From NCBI GenBank assembly GCA_001179505.1, contig CDMY01000305.1, forward strand, positions 1 to 64,000: a stretch of DNA of 64,000 nucleotides, in the 5' to 3' direction. This stretch comes from Vitrella brassicaformis CCMP3155 (Eukaryota; Protista; Chromerida). Of this stretch, positions 51,901 through 64,000 are shown piece after piece. The notes beneath the pieces are model-generated. The model saw nothing but the letters and a program-made list of their open reading frames with translations. It ran no database searches and was not told the DNA's origin. The position numbers were made by a program, and so were the translations under genes. Within the stretch, counting starts at the first letter, position 1; each line of letters begins with the position of its first letter.

Positions 51901-53109
51901 CAAGAGCGACCGGGCCCAGGACCTCATGCGTCAGATGAGACAGCTCGAGCAGCAGATCGAGGACCTCCCCAAACCTCCCACAGAAGTCGGCGACGTCGTG
52001 GCCTCGAGGGGAGGAGGAGCGCCGAGGGACTCGTACGTGACGGCTGCTGAGGGCGGGCCGAGCCGGGCAGCGAGTGTGGCACCGCCGGCAGGCCGACCGC
52101 TGAGGGGCAAGTCGTTTGTGGATGAGGCGGGCGACACGAGCACAATGGAGATCCTCCTCGCACCGGGGGAAGATGACCAGCTCACGCAACCCTTCCACCC
52201 TGACGAGCTGGCGTAAGCCAACGAACGGGACACAGCGTGATACAAACCAATTTGTGTGTTGGTGTGTTGGTGGGTTGGTGTGTGGTGTTTTGCCAGTGCG
52301 TTCCGCAAGTACGCGTGGAAGCCGCGTGGCCGCGAGCTGCCTGACCTCGAGAAGGTCCAGCTGACGCCCGAACAGGCCAAAACCATCACCGCACAAGGTC
52401 ATTCGCGACGGAGAGGGAGGGGAAAGGACCATTTTATGCAGGGGCCATGTGTGTACGTGTGCGGTGCGTGGGCAGGTGCTTTTTTCATCAAGCTCGACAG
52501 CCAGTGGGACACCAAGTACACCACCACCAAGAGGCGATGGTTCGTCCTCGACTTCAGCAACCCAAGTCAGTCAGATATACACAGCACGACATCTACGCCT
52601 TCTCTGCCATTCACACACAATGGTGATTGTCTCTGTCTTCCACATCCATCACATCCATCAGATGTGTTCCTGACGTACTATGAGAACCAATTCGATCCCG
52701 CAAAGGAGGAGCCCACGCCACTCGGGAACATACCGTAAGTAACCACACAGACGGGCGACAGACACGCACAAGAGAGAGACGCAGACACAGGAGGAGAGAC
52801 ATGATCTGATCCATCTGGGTGTGGTGTGCAGGGAGACGGATCTGCGCGACGCCTTCTACGATGGCAAGAAGCTCAAGATATCCCTGGGCAGCGAGGACTC
52901 CGACAAGATGCTCGAGCGCGTCCCGGCCAAGTACTTCCTCTCTCTCATACTCTGCGTCAGGTGAGAGTGACGTGACCCACACGGGAAACAAAAGGTCAGC
53001 CAATGAAATGTGCGCGTGTGCATGTGTGTGTGTGTGTGTGTGTGGCGCCAGGGAGATCGAGATGCTCAAGATACTAAAGAGGAACAGACGAGGGGGCGTC
53101 AGCGCGTAG
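45943..53109 (+). CDS. Very large protein: Pro-rich N-terminus, long coiled coil, C-terminal PH-like domain
   Basis: MNGRNNHAG|RVQHVG start; PPP/V-rich exon 46076..47030; many E/K/R/L heptad exons; then AFFIKLDSQWDTKYTTTKRRWFVLDF...VFLTYYEN...LGNIP, which is PH-like. Confidence 0.8.
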
Positions 53110-53579
53110 ATAGATGCTGCTATCTGCTGTCTGTCTGATGATATTGTGGTTTGTGCCTTGACCGCTGTCTGTCGGTTGGTTTTGCCTGTCTGATTGGGTG
53201 AGTGGTGGCCAGCTCTCTCAAAGTGGAGGGGCCATCTAGATAGATAGATTAGAGAATAGAGGACTGTGTGCCGATTGCTGCTGGACATATAGGCCCTGGA
53301 TGGCTAGATTGATGGATGGATGGATGGACAATCGAGGCTGCTTGACTTTGTCTGATTGTCTGATGCACGCCTTTGATGCATGGCTTGGCACGGCAAGGAA
53401 AAGTTCTCTCCCTTCCCTTTGTCTCTCTCTCTCCCTCCGAGTCACTCAGACAGTCAGCCACTCACCCAGGCCGCGCAGGCCGCCAACGTCCAGCCACTCG
53501 CTGAAGCACTCAACTCTCGAACCAAATGTCAGCAATGCATTGCAATGGTATGTATGTATTGACATGCAACACGAGCACG

Positions 53580-55751
53580 CTATCTCCCCACCGCACTGGC
53601 ACTCGCACTGGCACTCTGGCCCTGCGGCTGTCCCTCCTCGCCGCCCCACTCGAGCGGCAGGTTCTGGTCCCTGATGCTCAATATCTGTGGGCATACACAC
53701 GCCCACACACGCAGAGAGAGAGAGATACGGACGAGTGGTGATGGTGTGTGCGTCTGGCGTGCCGTGCAGTGGATGGCATGGAGGTGTGGGGACGGTACGT
53801 ACCAGTTTTTTGCGGACGAGAGAGATGAGGTTGAGCTGGTCGGTGTTGTGGTCGCCCGTCAGGCGGGTGGCGAAGGCCGCGCACCGGTGAGCGTCGATGT
53901 CGTCGAAACTCCTGCAGACAGAGTGAACGGACAAGCATAGGAGGAGGGCGGTGGTGGTGATGGGGGGTGGTGGGTGTCAGCCTCACGAGTTGCAGACGAA
54001 GGCGAGTCCGTGGAGCAACATGAACACGCCGCAGTCACACCCGTTGGTCTGCTGCGGCAAGTTGGTCTGAACGATGGATGGATCGTACACGCACACAGAT
54101 GTGGGCCGCCGGTGTGGGTGTGTGTGTGTGTGTGTGTGTTTGTGACGTGACAGGGCCTACCTCGCTCTGCTTGGCCCAGAGGTGTGCGTCGGGCATGGGC
54201 TTCTTGAGTTTGTCCCGGTGCTCGTCCTTGAGGTACTGCAGGATGAACTCATAGAACCTGCAACACAAAACGACACGATACACACACATGGAGGACGATT
54301 CCCTCCATCCCTCCCTCGTCCATGGTCTGCCTGTCTGTCTGTCTGTCTGCTCGTGTCACTTACTTTTCGTTCTCCTCCTTGCGCCAGTTGGTGCCTCCGC
54401 CACCCAGCGAGTCCAGCACACGGATGCGCTTGTTCCTATACACACATACACACACACACACGAGGGTATGTCATGTGAGTGGGTGGTGGCATGCTACTAA
54501 GCACTTTACTTGATGTCGACGACGCCGAGGGCCCAGTGTGTGCCCATGTAGCCCATCCCCGTGGTGGGGTAGCCCTCGTTGATGGGCACTATCACGTAGT
54601 CCAACTCAAACACGTTCACCTGATCGAATATCCGAGCCAACACAGGTAGGCATGCGGCCCGGCCTGTGTTGATCAGGTGGGTGGATCAGTCAGCAGCCCC
54701 GCGCCCATACCTTCTTCTTTGTCGACCAGCGGCGGACGCTGTTGTAGTCGTACCTGAAGCCCGCCGCACTGGGGTTGGACAGCTTCTGCCAGAAGAACGA
54801 ATTCGGGATCCACACCTTGGGCACACTGATCGATCCAACACACCAACACACAGAGCACCGCATGGTGTGTTGGGGCGCATGGTGTGTGTGTGTGTGTGGT
54901 GGGCGTAGTACGGTTTGCCAGCGGCGGCCTGTTCCTTGAGCCATCTCTCGGCCAGGGCGAACGTGATGTTGACGATCTCGTCGTTGAGCCACTCCAAATC
55001 CTCCAAACGGACTATGTCGTACCTGCACATAACAACCCAAACCCCACCAAACACGTCACCTCCGTCCAAGCCCGCTGCCGTGTGTGTGGCGTGGCGTGAA
55101 GTGAAGTGACGCACCCCAGAACAGGTATGCCGCTGACTTCGGCCACGGTGAGGCTCTCGCCCTTCTCCTGCCCCTCCTCCAACAGCTGCAGTGCCGCAGC
55201 CGTCTCCTCATCGTTCACCTTCAGAAACCAGGGTGCCTGCAGACAGACAGACAGACAGACATGCACACACACAGGTGATGTGGGTGGCTGTNNNNNNNNN
55301 NNNNNNNNNNNNNNNNNNNNNNNNNNNNNNNNNNNNNNNNNNNNNNNNNNNNNNNNNNNNNNNNNNNNNNNNNNNNNNNNNNNNNNNNNNNNNNNNNNNN
55401 NNNNNNNNNNNNNNNNNNNNNNNNNNNNNNNNNNNNNNNNNNNNNNNNNNNNNNNNNNNNNNNNNNNNNNNNNNNNNNNNNNNNNNNNNNNNNNNNNNNN
55501 NNNNNNNNNNNNNNNNNNNNNNNNNNNNNNNNNNNNNNNNNNNNNNNNNNNNNNNNNNNNNNNNNNNNNNNNNNNNNNNNNNNNNNNNNNNGGGGGGCAG
55601 GGGCGACGACGCACTCACCTTCGCGGGCACCCCAGTGCGTTTGCGCAGGTCCCATATCTTCTTGCGCTCGCCCACGATGCGCATCGTGGCCATCTCCTGC
55701 TCGCTGCACACAACACACAACATACCACGTCGGGAGGTAAGCCATGAGCAG

Positions 55752-55786
<35 letters not shown>

Positions 55787-57743
55787 TGTGTGGCTTACAG
55801 TTTTTCGATGTCCTCCTCAAGCCGGTACACCTCGCGAGACTCCTGGACACGAGCCTGCATGGAGACCGATGCATAAAATGCTGCTGTGTTGTGTCCCTGC
55901 CTCCTTCCCTCCCTCCGTCCCCCACTCACCGCAGCATTGGGAGGTGCCGTGGCAGCGAACGCGCCCCTGCCGGTGCCAGAAGGCTGCTGCTGCTCGCCGG
56001 TGGGCTCCTCCTCGTCCTCCTCCAGGTCGATGGTGATGACCTCACGGTCAGAAGGGGGCTGGGGACGCCCCGTGGCATGCACCTGATGAACCACACGCAC
56101 AGAGGGAACGGGTAGGCGCCTTATCTCCCTCCCTTCCGCCCTCCCTCTCTCCGTCTGCTATGTGTGTGTGTGTGAGGGTGTTGATCCACTGATACCTGGC
56201 GGCCCATGCCCAAACCTGCACCTGCGGGTGCTCCGATGCCCCTGGGTGGCTGCGGCTGGGGCCGCACCTCCTTGCCCAACACGTTGCTGGCCACCTGGCC
56301 ACTCACACCAACAACACCACCACTGACACGACCACCACCACCACCACCGCCGGCCGAAGCAGCTGCTGCCGCCGCTGCAGGGGCGGCCACCTGCTGCACC
56401 TGAAGTGGCTGCTGCTGCTGCAGCTGCACCTGTTTGCTCTCCTCCCGGCCGGCATACTGCTGCTGCTGCTGCTGGGGCTGCTGGTATTGGTGCTGTTGCA
56501 TCATGCCGAGCAAGCCAGGTCCCTCCCGCATGGGCTGCGATGGCATGGGGGGAATGGGCGACTCCTGCGGCGGCGGCGAGAGCGTCTCCTCAAAGCCAGA
56601 CGCACCCGAGTTGCGGCCCGACGTGAACGGCGGTGTGGCGATGAACGGCGGCTGCAGCTGTGGGTACTGCTGCCGGGGAGGCTGATACTGCTGAAACTGC
56701 TCCTGGGACGGTCGCAGCGGCGGAAACCGGGACGGCTGCTGCTGCTGCTGGTGCGGGAGTGAGGGCTGGGGGTAGCCGCTGCGATGGGCCTGGTAGGAGG
56801 GGAAGCCGTCGTGACGGGCCATGTGCACGCTCACGCCGCGCATGTGGGAGGGCACCTGGTGCGGTGCAGACACACAGGACAGAAGAAACACAGGCATGGC
56901 ATGGCATGGATACCTGGGGGTGGTGGGTGTGGTGTGGGAGGGTTGGGGTACCTGTTTGGAAGCGATCAGGTCTTCCTTGTGGAAGCGGAAGGTCACGCCA
57001 GGCTGCGGCACGCACTCCACCACCTTGGGACGCGCCGACGGGCCCACACTCGCCAAACGCTTCGACGCACGCACGCTAACACCACGATCACCGCCACCAC
57101 CGTCACCGAAACCAGCACCGCCAATCCCAATCCCGCTGCCATCCATGCCCATTTCCATTCCCATTCCCATGGCCATGGGCATTCCCATGCCGTCTCCCCC
57201 TCCCTCGCCCTCCTCCCACTGTCGCTTCTTCTGTCCAGCGATGCCCGACACCTCCATGGGTGTCCCGACAACGCGAGGCCGCTGCTGCAGCTTGTGCGAG
57301 AACTGGGGCACGGGCGCGATGTTGATGTTGGGGTTGATGTTGCGTGAGGGCGGGCACATGCCCATGGGGAGCGGTCCTCCGTCCGGGGGCGGCACGCCCT
57401 TGCTGGCCCACTCCACCTCCATCCGCTCCACCTTCTTGTGGTGCTCCATCAGCCGACGGGTCGCGGCCTTCATCCGCGCCGTCTGGGCGAGCTGGTCGGT
57501 GATGTCGGGCTTCTTCCGACGCATCCCTGGGGCGAGGATGGCCGGTCCGCGGGTGCCGGGGTGCCCCATGTACTTCTTGAGGAAGCCCATTTGCGCCACG
57601 AGCGGGTTCCCCGTGCCGTGTCGCTGGGGAGGGAGGTGGGCCCTGCGCGCGCCGATTTTGCCTGGGGGCGGGTTGTGCCGCTGCCAGAACATCCAGGCAC
57701 TCGGTCCTTCGTCCTCCTCCATCGCGCCCATCATCGGCTCCAT
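53580..57743 (-). CDS. Ulp1/SENP-type SUMO protease (peptidase C48) with long disordered N-terminus
   Basis: WLNDEIVN, NSFFWQKL, YNSVRRWS, VIVPIN...THWAL, RIRVLDSL and QQTNGCDCGVF give the His-Asp-Cys triad in order. First in-frame ATG taken at 57743; N gap 55292..55591 is internal. Confidence 0.93.
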
Positions 57744-58071
57744 CGGCTCAGTCACCTCAGAGGCCTGCGGGACGTCAAATGAGAGTTGAGAGGGGTAATG
57801 CTCCGGGGGTTCGACACACAGAAGACACCGAAGACGATTCTGAGGCAGCAGGAAGCTTCTAGCTAAGCCAAGTCGAAAGGAGCTCGGCTCTAGGGCCAAG
57901 TTTAGGTTTTACCGGCGGCCCCCAAGCTTGCATCATCGAAAAGGCGGAGAAGAAAAGAAGAAGGCAGGGAGGGACGCAGCTGCATGCATTATGTATTGTA
58001 GCATCGAGATCTGCACTGCTGACAGTCGGCTGACGGACGTATCTGCAGGCACGCATTGACGAGCCCAGATC

Positions 58072-60024
58072 ATGGCTTTGCTTCGTCCGTGGACCGTCGC
58101 TGTGGCCGTCCTCTCAGGTACGTATGCAATGGCCACGAAGGCGTGATGACGAGTCCAGCCGTGATGCATCAATCAAACGCATTCAGTGCATTGGGCTGTG
58201 CCTGCCGTGTGTGGCTATGGGTGTGTGTGTGTCTTTGCTTCATCAGCGATATGCGGCTACGTCATCGTGTCGTCCCCTCTCGACCCCGTGGTTGTGCCGT
58301 CACATGACGTGGCGCCCATGCCCACCGGGGCCTTTCCCATTCAGACCTTCCTGAATGCCTCCAAGGCGCTCTACACAAACATCACTGGGGTGGGTGGGTG
58401 GCCAGGCAGGCAACAAGCAACACGCAGATCTCTGTCTGCGAAACCACACCAGGAGCGCTCTGCGTGTGCAGGGTGGGGAGGCCTTTGCAGCTGACAAGAA
58501 GGGCTTTGTCTACACAGGCACCTCAGAAGGTGGGCGCTGCGGATCGGACGGGAGAACTGCAGTGGTTTGGTGGATGGATGGATGGATGTCTGTGCCTTAG
58601 GTAGGATCATCCGTCTGGTGGATGACGACACGTGGGAGCACGTGGCCTTCACCGCCCCACACAGACACCTGGGCGGTCAGCAAACACACACAAACACGAA
58701 CACAGACACAAAGCGATGGCCATCACATGGCTTCCCTCCCTGCGTGTGTGTGCGCAGACGGCAGCGAGGAGATGTGCTCAAAGGCGGACATCGACAACGA
58801 GCCCTTCTGCGGCCGCCCGCTGGGCCTCTCTTTCGACAAGCAGGGCAACCTCCTCGTGTGCGACGCTTACTATGGACTCATGTGTGTGCGAGCAACCATA
58901 CCCACGCGCATTTGTGCGTGACGTCCCTCTCACGTGTGTCTGCATGTGTGTCAGGATATTCGAATGGCCCGAGGGCAGCGGCAACGGGGGGCCGGCACAG
59001 GGCCGCATCCTGACGGACGATTCGGCACCTGACGGGCGGAGGGTGGTTTTCTGCAACACGCCCGTCGAGGGGCCGGATGGCCTCGTCTACTTCACCGACA
59101 GCAGTGCCAAGTTCAAGCGGAATCGGGTGTTCCTCGAGTTGATCGAGAGCGGAGCGACAGGAGCCCTCATGTCGTATGACCCGAGGTGGGTGGGTGAGCC
59201 TGATGGCGAACGGACACATGCCCTGATATGTATGTTGTGTGTTCTCCTGATTGCAATCTGTGCATGAAGCACGAAGGAGACCCGCGTGCTGCACAAGGAC
59301 CTGCCCTTCCCCAACGGCATGGCAGTGTCGTTTGACGAGACCCACCTGCTCATCAACTCGTGCACACGCGCACTTATTTGGAAGTACCACCTCACCGGAA
59401 GCAACAAGGGTGCCAGACACACAACCACACAAAGACACACACGCACCAGGACGCGGCTGTGGCCATTGGCATCCATCCATCCATTCTGTGTGTCAGGTGA
59501 GCTGGAGGTATTTGGGCGAAACTACCCGATCATCCCAGATAACATCCACCGCTCGCCGAGAGGCACCTACTGGGTGGGTGGGGCCCTTCCGTCCACCCGG
59601 GCAGCCATTGTCGCCAGGCTGTACCCATGGATAAGAAAGGTGAGTTGGGACCGAGGCCGAGACGCCCGACCTTGCGTGTGTGGTTTCCCATTGTCAGTTG
59701 ATGGCTGGCTTGCCATATAAAGTGCTTGTGCTGTTGACTCTGGTGACGGTTGTGGGTGGAGGGGGCGGCTGGGCGATGGAGATCGATGACACAGGGAAGG
59801 TCCTGAGGCTCGTCACAGACCCATCAAGTGCGCACGCACCTACCACACCACACCACATGGAATCGACGCGTCTTTCCTCGATGCACTCGTCTGTGTGTGT
59901 GTCTTTGCTTCCTTCAGGTCGGGTGAGGCTGACGAGTGAGGCCTTCGAGCACAACGATCGGATGTATGTGGGCTCGTTTGTGAGCAAGATGCCGATATTT
60001 GTGGCGGACATGCCACCTACGTGA
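58072..60024 (+). CDS. Strictosidine-synthase-like / APMAP beta-propeller protein
   Basis: N-terminal hydrophobic MALLRPWTVAVAVLSAICGYVIV; motifs CGRPLGLSFD, LLVCDAYYGL, VYFTDSS, FPNGMAVS and PDNIHRSPRGTYWVG. Confidence 0.92.
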
Positions 60025-60326
60025 TAAACGAACACGATGATATACATTTTGAAATAGCCACCTGTGACCTTTTCCTGTCATGTGACCTCCGTGTGTGTGT
60101 CGCGTCTGTCCTTCCGAATCTGGTTGGGCGAGCGGTGATTTATCCGTTGGTGGGCAGATTTGTGCGTTGCAGCTTTTGTCAGCTCAGTGACTGCCATGTG
60201 TGTGCACACGCATTTGCTCCATAAGACAATTCGCATGCAAACGTCGTTCTCCCTCCCACACGCAGCACGTACGTGCGATGGCATCATGTGTGTAAGGATG
60301 AGACGATACATGCTCACTCATCTCAG

Positions 60327-63300
60327 TCAGTCGGCCATGCCTTGGGCTGCGGGTGGCGGTGGCCCGTTGAAGAACTCGTTCTGTTTCTGGATGTAGAAGG
60401 CCCGCAGCTCGTTGTCTGACATGGTGGACCGCAGAGTCGAAAACAAAAACTGCGCAACCGCATACACATCTGCACCCAGTCATACAAACAAACACAGGCA
60501 CTCGGCGTATATATTTGTCTCTCTCTCCTCCCCTGTGTGTGTGGTGTGTGACCTTTGTCGTTAGCCATCTGTTCCTGGTCAGGCGCCTCTGCCCACCGCT
60601 CCATCTCGGTCTCGCGCAGCTTACCGGCGATGACCAGTGCCTCGTCGATCACCTGCACCCACACATAAGCAGACACACTCACGTTCACGTGAGTGAGTGG
60701 GTAAGCGACCGACCTCTTGCGGAAAGCCAGCAGCAGCGGCGAGTTTGATGCCATAGCCCTCGGTGAACTCGCCCACCCCGTCTGCAATGGCGAACTTGGG
60801 GTGCAGCTTCTCGTTGATCACCGCACACTGCATGCAATGGCATCCAATCCACGCACACATCGACGGACAGAGACACCCAGTAAATGTCTCAATGTCTCAA
60901 TGTCTGTCTGTCTCTGTTTGACCTCTAGGTGGACGTTCTTGACGTTTGGGTAGAGCTTGGCCATGTTGGAGAGAACGTGGTAGTGGGTCGCAAACAACGT
61001 GAACGCACCTGCATATCACATGCATCCCATGTGGGAGCCGTCAACGTCTCCGTTTCCCTGTGTGTATGCCATTGCGCTCTCACCGACCAAGCGCGAGTAG
61101 TTTCTCTGAGATGGCCCATGCGATGGCGACACCGTCGGAGTGTGAGGTGCCGCGGCCGAGCTCGTCAATGATGACCAAACTGGGGACGCTCACGGACTGC
61201 ACACATGGACAGACACATGGGGGCTGATGGTGCCATCCATCTAGCTGTTGGCCTGCCTGTTCGATGTATGCGATTTCCCTCATCTCGCACTGGAAGGTGC
61301 TGCAGTTGTCCTCTATTTTGTCGCCGGTGCCTAAAGACGTTTACACAATGAGTGTGCGTGGTGCAATATATGTGTTGAGACGCATGGCATGGACGTGACG
61401 CTTGTGTATTCACCGAGTCGTGTGAAGATCTTCTTGAGAGGCGTGAAGGAACAGAACTCGCAGGGACTGCGCACACACACGTGTCAAAAGGCTGGTTGTC
61501 ATTCTCATGTCTGTCTGTCTGTCTGTCTGCTGGCTGACACGTATGAGCCGATGTGTGCAAGGATGGCGAGCACAGCAATGGTCTCCAGATACGCTGTCGA
61601 GGAACCAACAGAGGGACTGTGTGTATCGGCTTTGGTGTGATTGCGTAGGCCGCTTACTTGTCTTGCCGGCCCCGTTCGGCGCCCGCACGATTTGGAAGTT
61701 CGTGCAGTCGCTAATATAATAGTCAAAGGGCACAAAATGATCACACGACTGCACACACATATGCGAGACACAATATATGAGAAGCCCTTTGTTCTCCGTG
61801 TGTCTCTGTGCGTACGCGTTGCACGAGTGGGTGTGTGGCTTGTTTGACGGCGATGGCCTGCATGTCGTCCTCAAACATGGGGCGGCACGTGCACTCGGGG
61901 TCGCGCAACGTCACGAAATCCGCAAACGCCAGCAGCAAATCGAGCATCGACAGAGAGTAGCTCAGCAGATACAAGGCCTATCAGAGTGAGACACACACAC
62001 ACACACATGGATGGATGGATGGATGGGGTAGATGGTGGTTACTTGTATGTGTTCGACGACGAATGCCGTCAGGGAGGACAGCACCTGCGATGCCTGCCGG
62101 AACAGCTCGATCGACGAGTCCTTCAGAATCAGCGACAGCGTGCTCAGCTTCCTGACACACACACACACACACACCCCTCTAAGGAGACGAATTGACACAT
62201 ACAGCAGCACACCGCAGGGCCACCCACCTGGAAGTGGCGAGGCATTTGTTGCCTTTCTTGACAATCTGCACGAGCTCGGGCGGCGCGCTGCCGAAGTTGG
62301 AGGACGGGAATGAAACGTGATAGCCCCGTGTCTCCGTGAACTCAATCTTCAAACCCAGGTCGGGCCTGACATCACATGCACCACAGACAGACAAAGACAG
62401 GGACGGACGCCTTTGTTTGTATGCCGTAAGGTTCGGTTCGCAGGGGTGTGCGTACGGTACCATTCCTGTCTGTATAGTTCGAACAGCTGGAAGACCTTCT
62501 CGACTGTCTCGTCGTAAATCTTGCGGGCCAGGTCGAGCTTCGGCTCCACATCCGGCTTGATCTGACCACCCATATCACATCACACACAGGGTGGTCAGTG
62601 AGATGGAGAGGGAGGGAATGTGTTGTTTGTGTGACTGTATGGCCCACCAACCGCGAAGAAGAGATGGATCTTCTCCAGGCTGCTGTTCTTGCTGCATACA
62701 CATACGTAGCAATGCAACACGTGGATGCTCTGCGTGGGCAAAGCGGTCACGACTCACTCACCTGTGCGAGACGTCCTCATCAATGATTTCGTCGATCTTC
62801 TGTGCGATGAGCGCCAGCCGGGGGTCGGACATGTTCTCCTTGATCAGATAAAGCAGGGGACACATCTCGCTCGTCACCTCCCTGCACACGACAACAGATC
62901 ACACAAAATGCATCCGTGCGTGTGTGGGTCACTCTCTCTTTCTCACTCGAGGGCTTTGGTGAGGCTGGGGAGCAGCTGGATGGTGTGCTTGAGCTGCAGA
63001 GTGCTCTTCAACATCATCCTGACACACACACACACACACACACTCTCTCTCTCCTCGTGTGGAGGTCGCCGTGGGCCTTCTGTCGGTCTGACTTTCCGTG
63101 TCGGTTGTCCTTGTGCTGCGGACGGGCGACTGACACACACACACGAGCAGGCAAAGAGGGTGGAGAATTTCTGGTCTCGGTGCCAATCTGCGCGGATTTG
63201 GCTGACCGAATCTTGAGCAGATGAGGTCGAGGTCGGTGAACTGCGACAACGCGCGCTGGGTATCGAAGAACCTGACCAACAAACAGAGATGGTGGGTGAC

Positions 63301-64000
63301 ACGAATGTTCTGCCTGCGTGTGGGGTGCCGACCGACATCCATCCATCCATACATTTGCTCGTGTGAGAGGAACACATCCACACAGTCGAGGCGCTCCTGA
63401 CACACACACATAGATAGATCGACACACAGAAACACACACACCTCCACACACACAATGTGATGTGTGTACTGCCGTCATCAATGTCACTCTGCACTCACGT
63501 TGATCTCTTTGGGGTCTGTGAGCGGCTGCAGCAGACTCTGGCGCAACATGCGCGCTGAAACCAAGAAACAGGGGACACGTCTGTCGTGTGCAGAGGACCG
63601 TGTTTGCTTTGCTCTCCGGGGGTGCATTTGCGCACCTCCCCCGCGTGTTTTGGTGCGATAGAGTGCGGAGATGGACTTCTTGGGGTCGCCGTGTCTCGTG
63701 TCGGCCAGCAGCTCCAGGTGCTCCACCGTCGACGGGTCCAGCAACACATAGTCGTCCAAATGACGAAACGATACCTGCATAAACAAACAAAAAGAACACA
63801 GGGACACACACGGACTGAGCTGTCATCTGTCGTAGGCGCATCTGTCTGTGTGTGCGTCTCATACGTTGAGTCCGTCTGTGGTCAGGATGATCTTCTGTGT
63901 GTGCTCGACGTATTTGGTGAGTGCGGAGAAAGCTGCCAGGGCCACATACCTGCATACACCACATGCCAACCCACACACACCGAGGAGTGCGTGAGCGAGG
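60327..64000 (-). CDS. MSH4: MutS homolog 4 (meiotic), 5'-truncated by window
   Basis: LLDPSTVEHLELL, TKTRGGARMLRQSLLQPL, ATHPL, NFQIVRAPNGAGKT, STFQCEMREIAYI, IIDELGRGTS and TLFATHY. NFQI and EIAYI favour MSH4 over other MutS paralogs. Confidence 0.85.

Overview
This is intron-rich, GC-rich eukaryotic genomic DNA carrying about 20 spliced genes. The short microsatellite-laden introns, the ankyrin family member and a plastid-targeted photosystem subunit point to a chromerid alga such as Vitrella brassicaformis (inference). Recognisable genes are: the 3' end of a DUF1254/DUF1214-type gene, a multi-pass membrane protein, an AMP deaminase (middle and C-terminal part), a SAM-like plus PPR protein, an F-box-like protein ending in a PIP box, an IQ-motif protein, an ankyrin-repeat protein, TTI1, a probable PsaR/Psa28, glucose-6-phosphate 1-epimerase, a DUF2254 membrane protein, a long coiled-coil/PH protein, a Ulp1/SENP protease, an APMAP/strictosidine-synthase-like protein and MSH4. 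Five ~300-N placeholder gaps are present, most of them flanked by G/C runs. The 4.5-12 kb region contains exact duplicated blocks that look like swapped contigs; unscrambled, they put PPR exons directly upstream of AMP deaminase exons on one strand. No rRNA, tRNA, CRISPR array or autonomous transposon was recognised. Exon boundaries were read by eye and are approximate.
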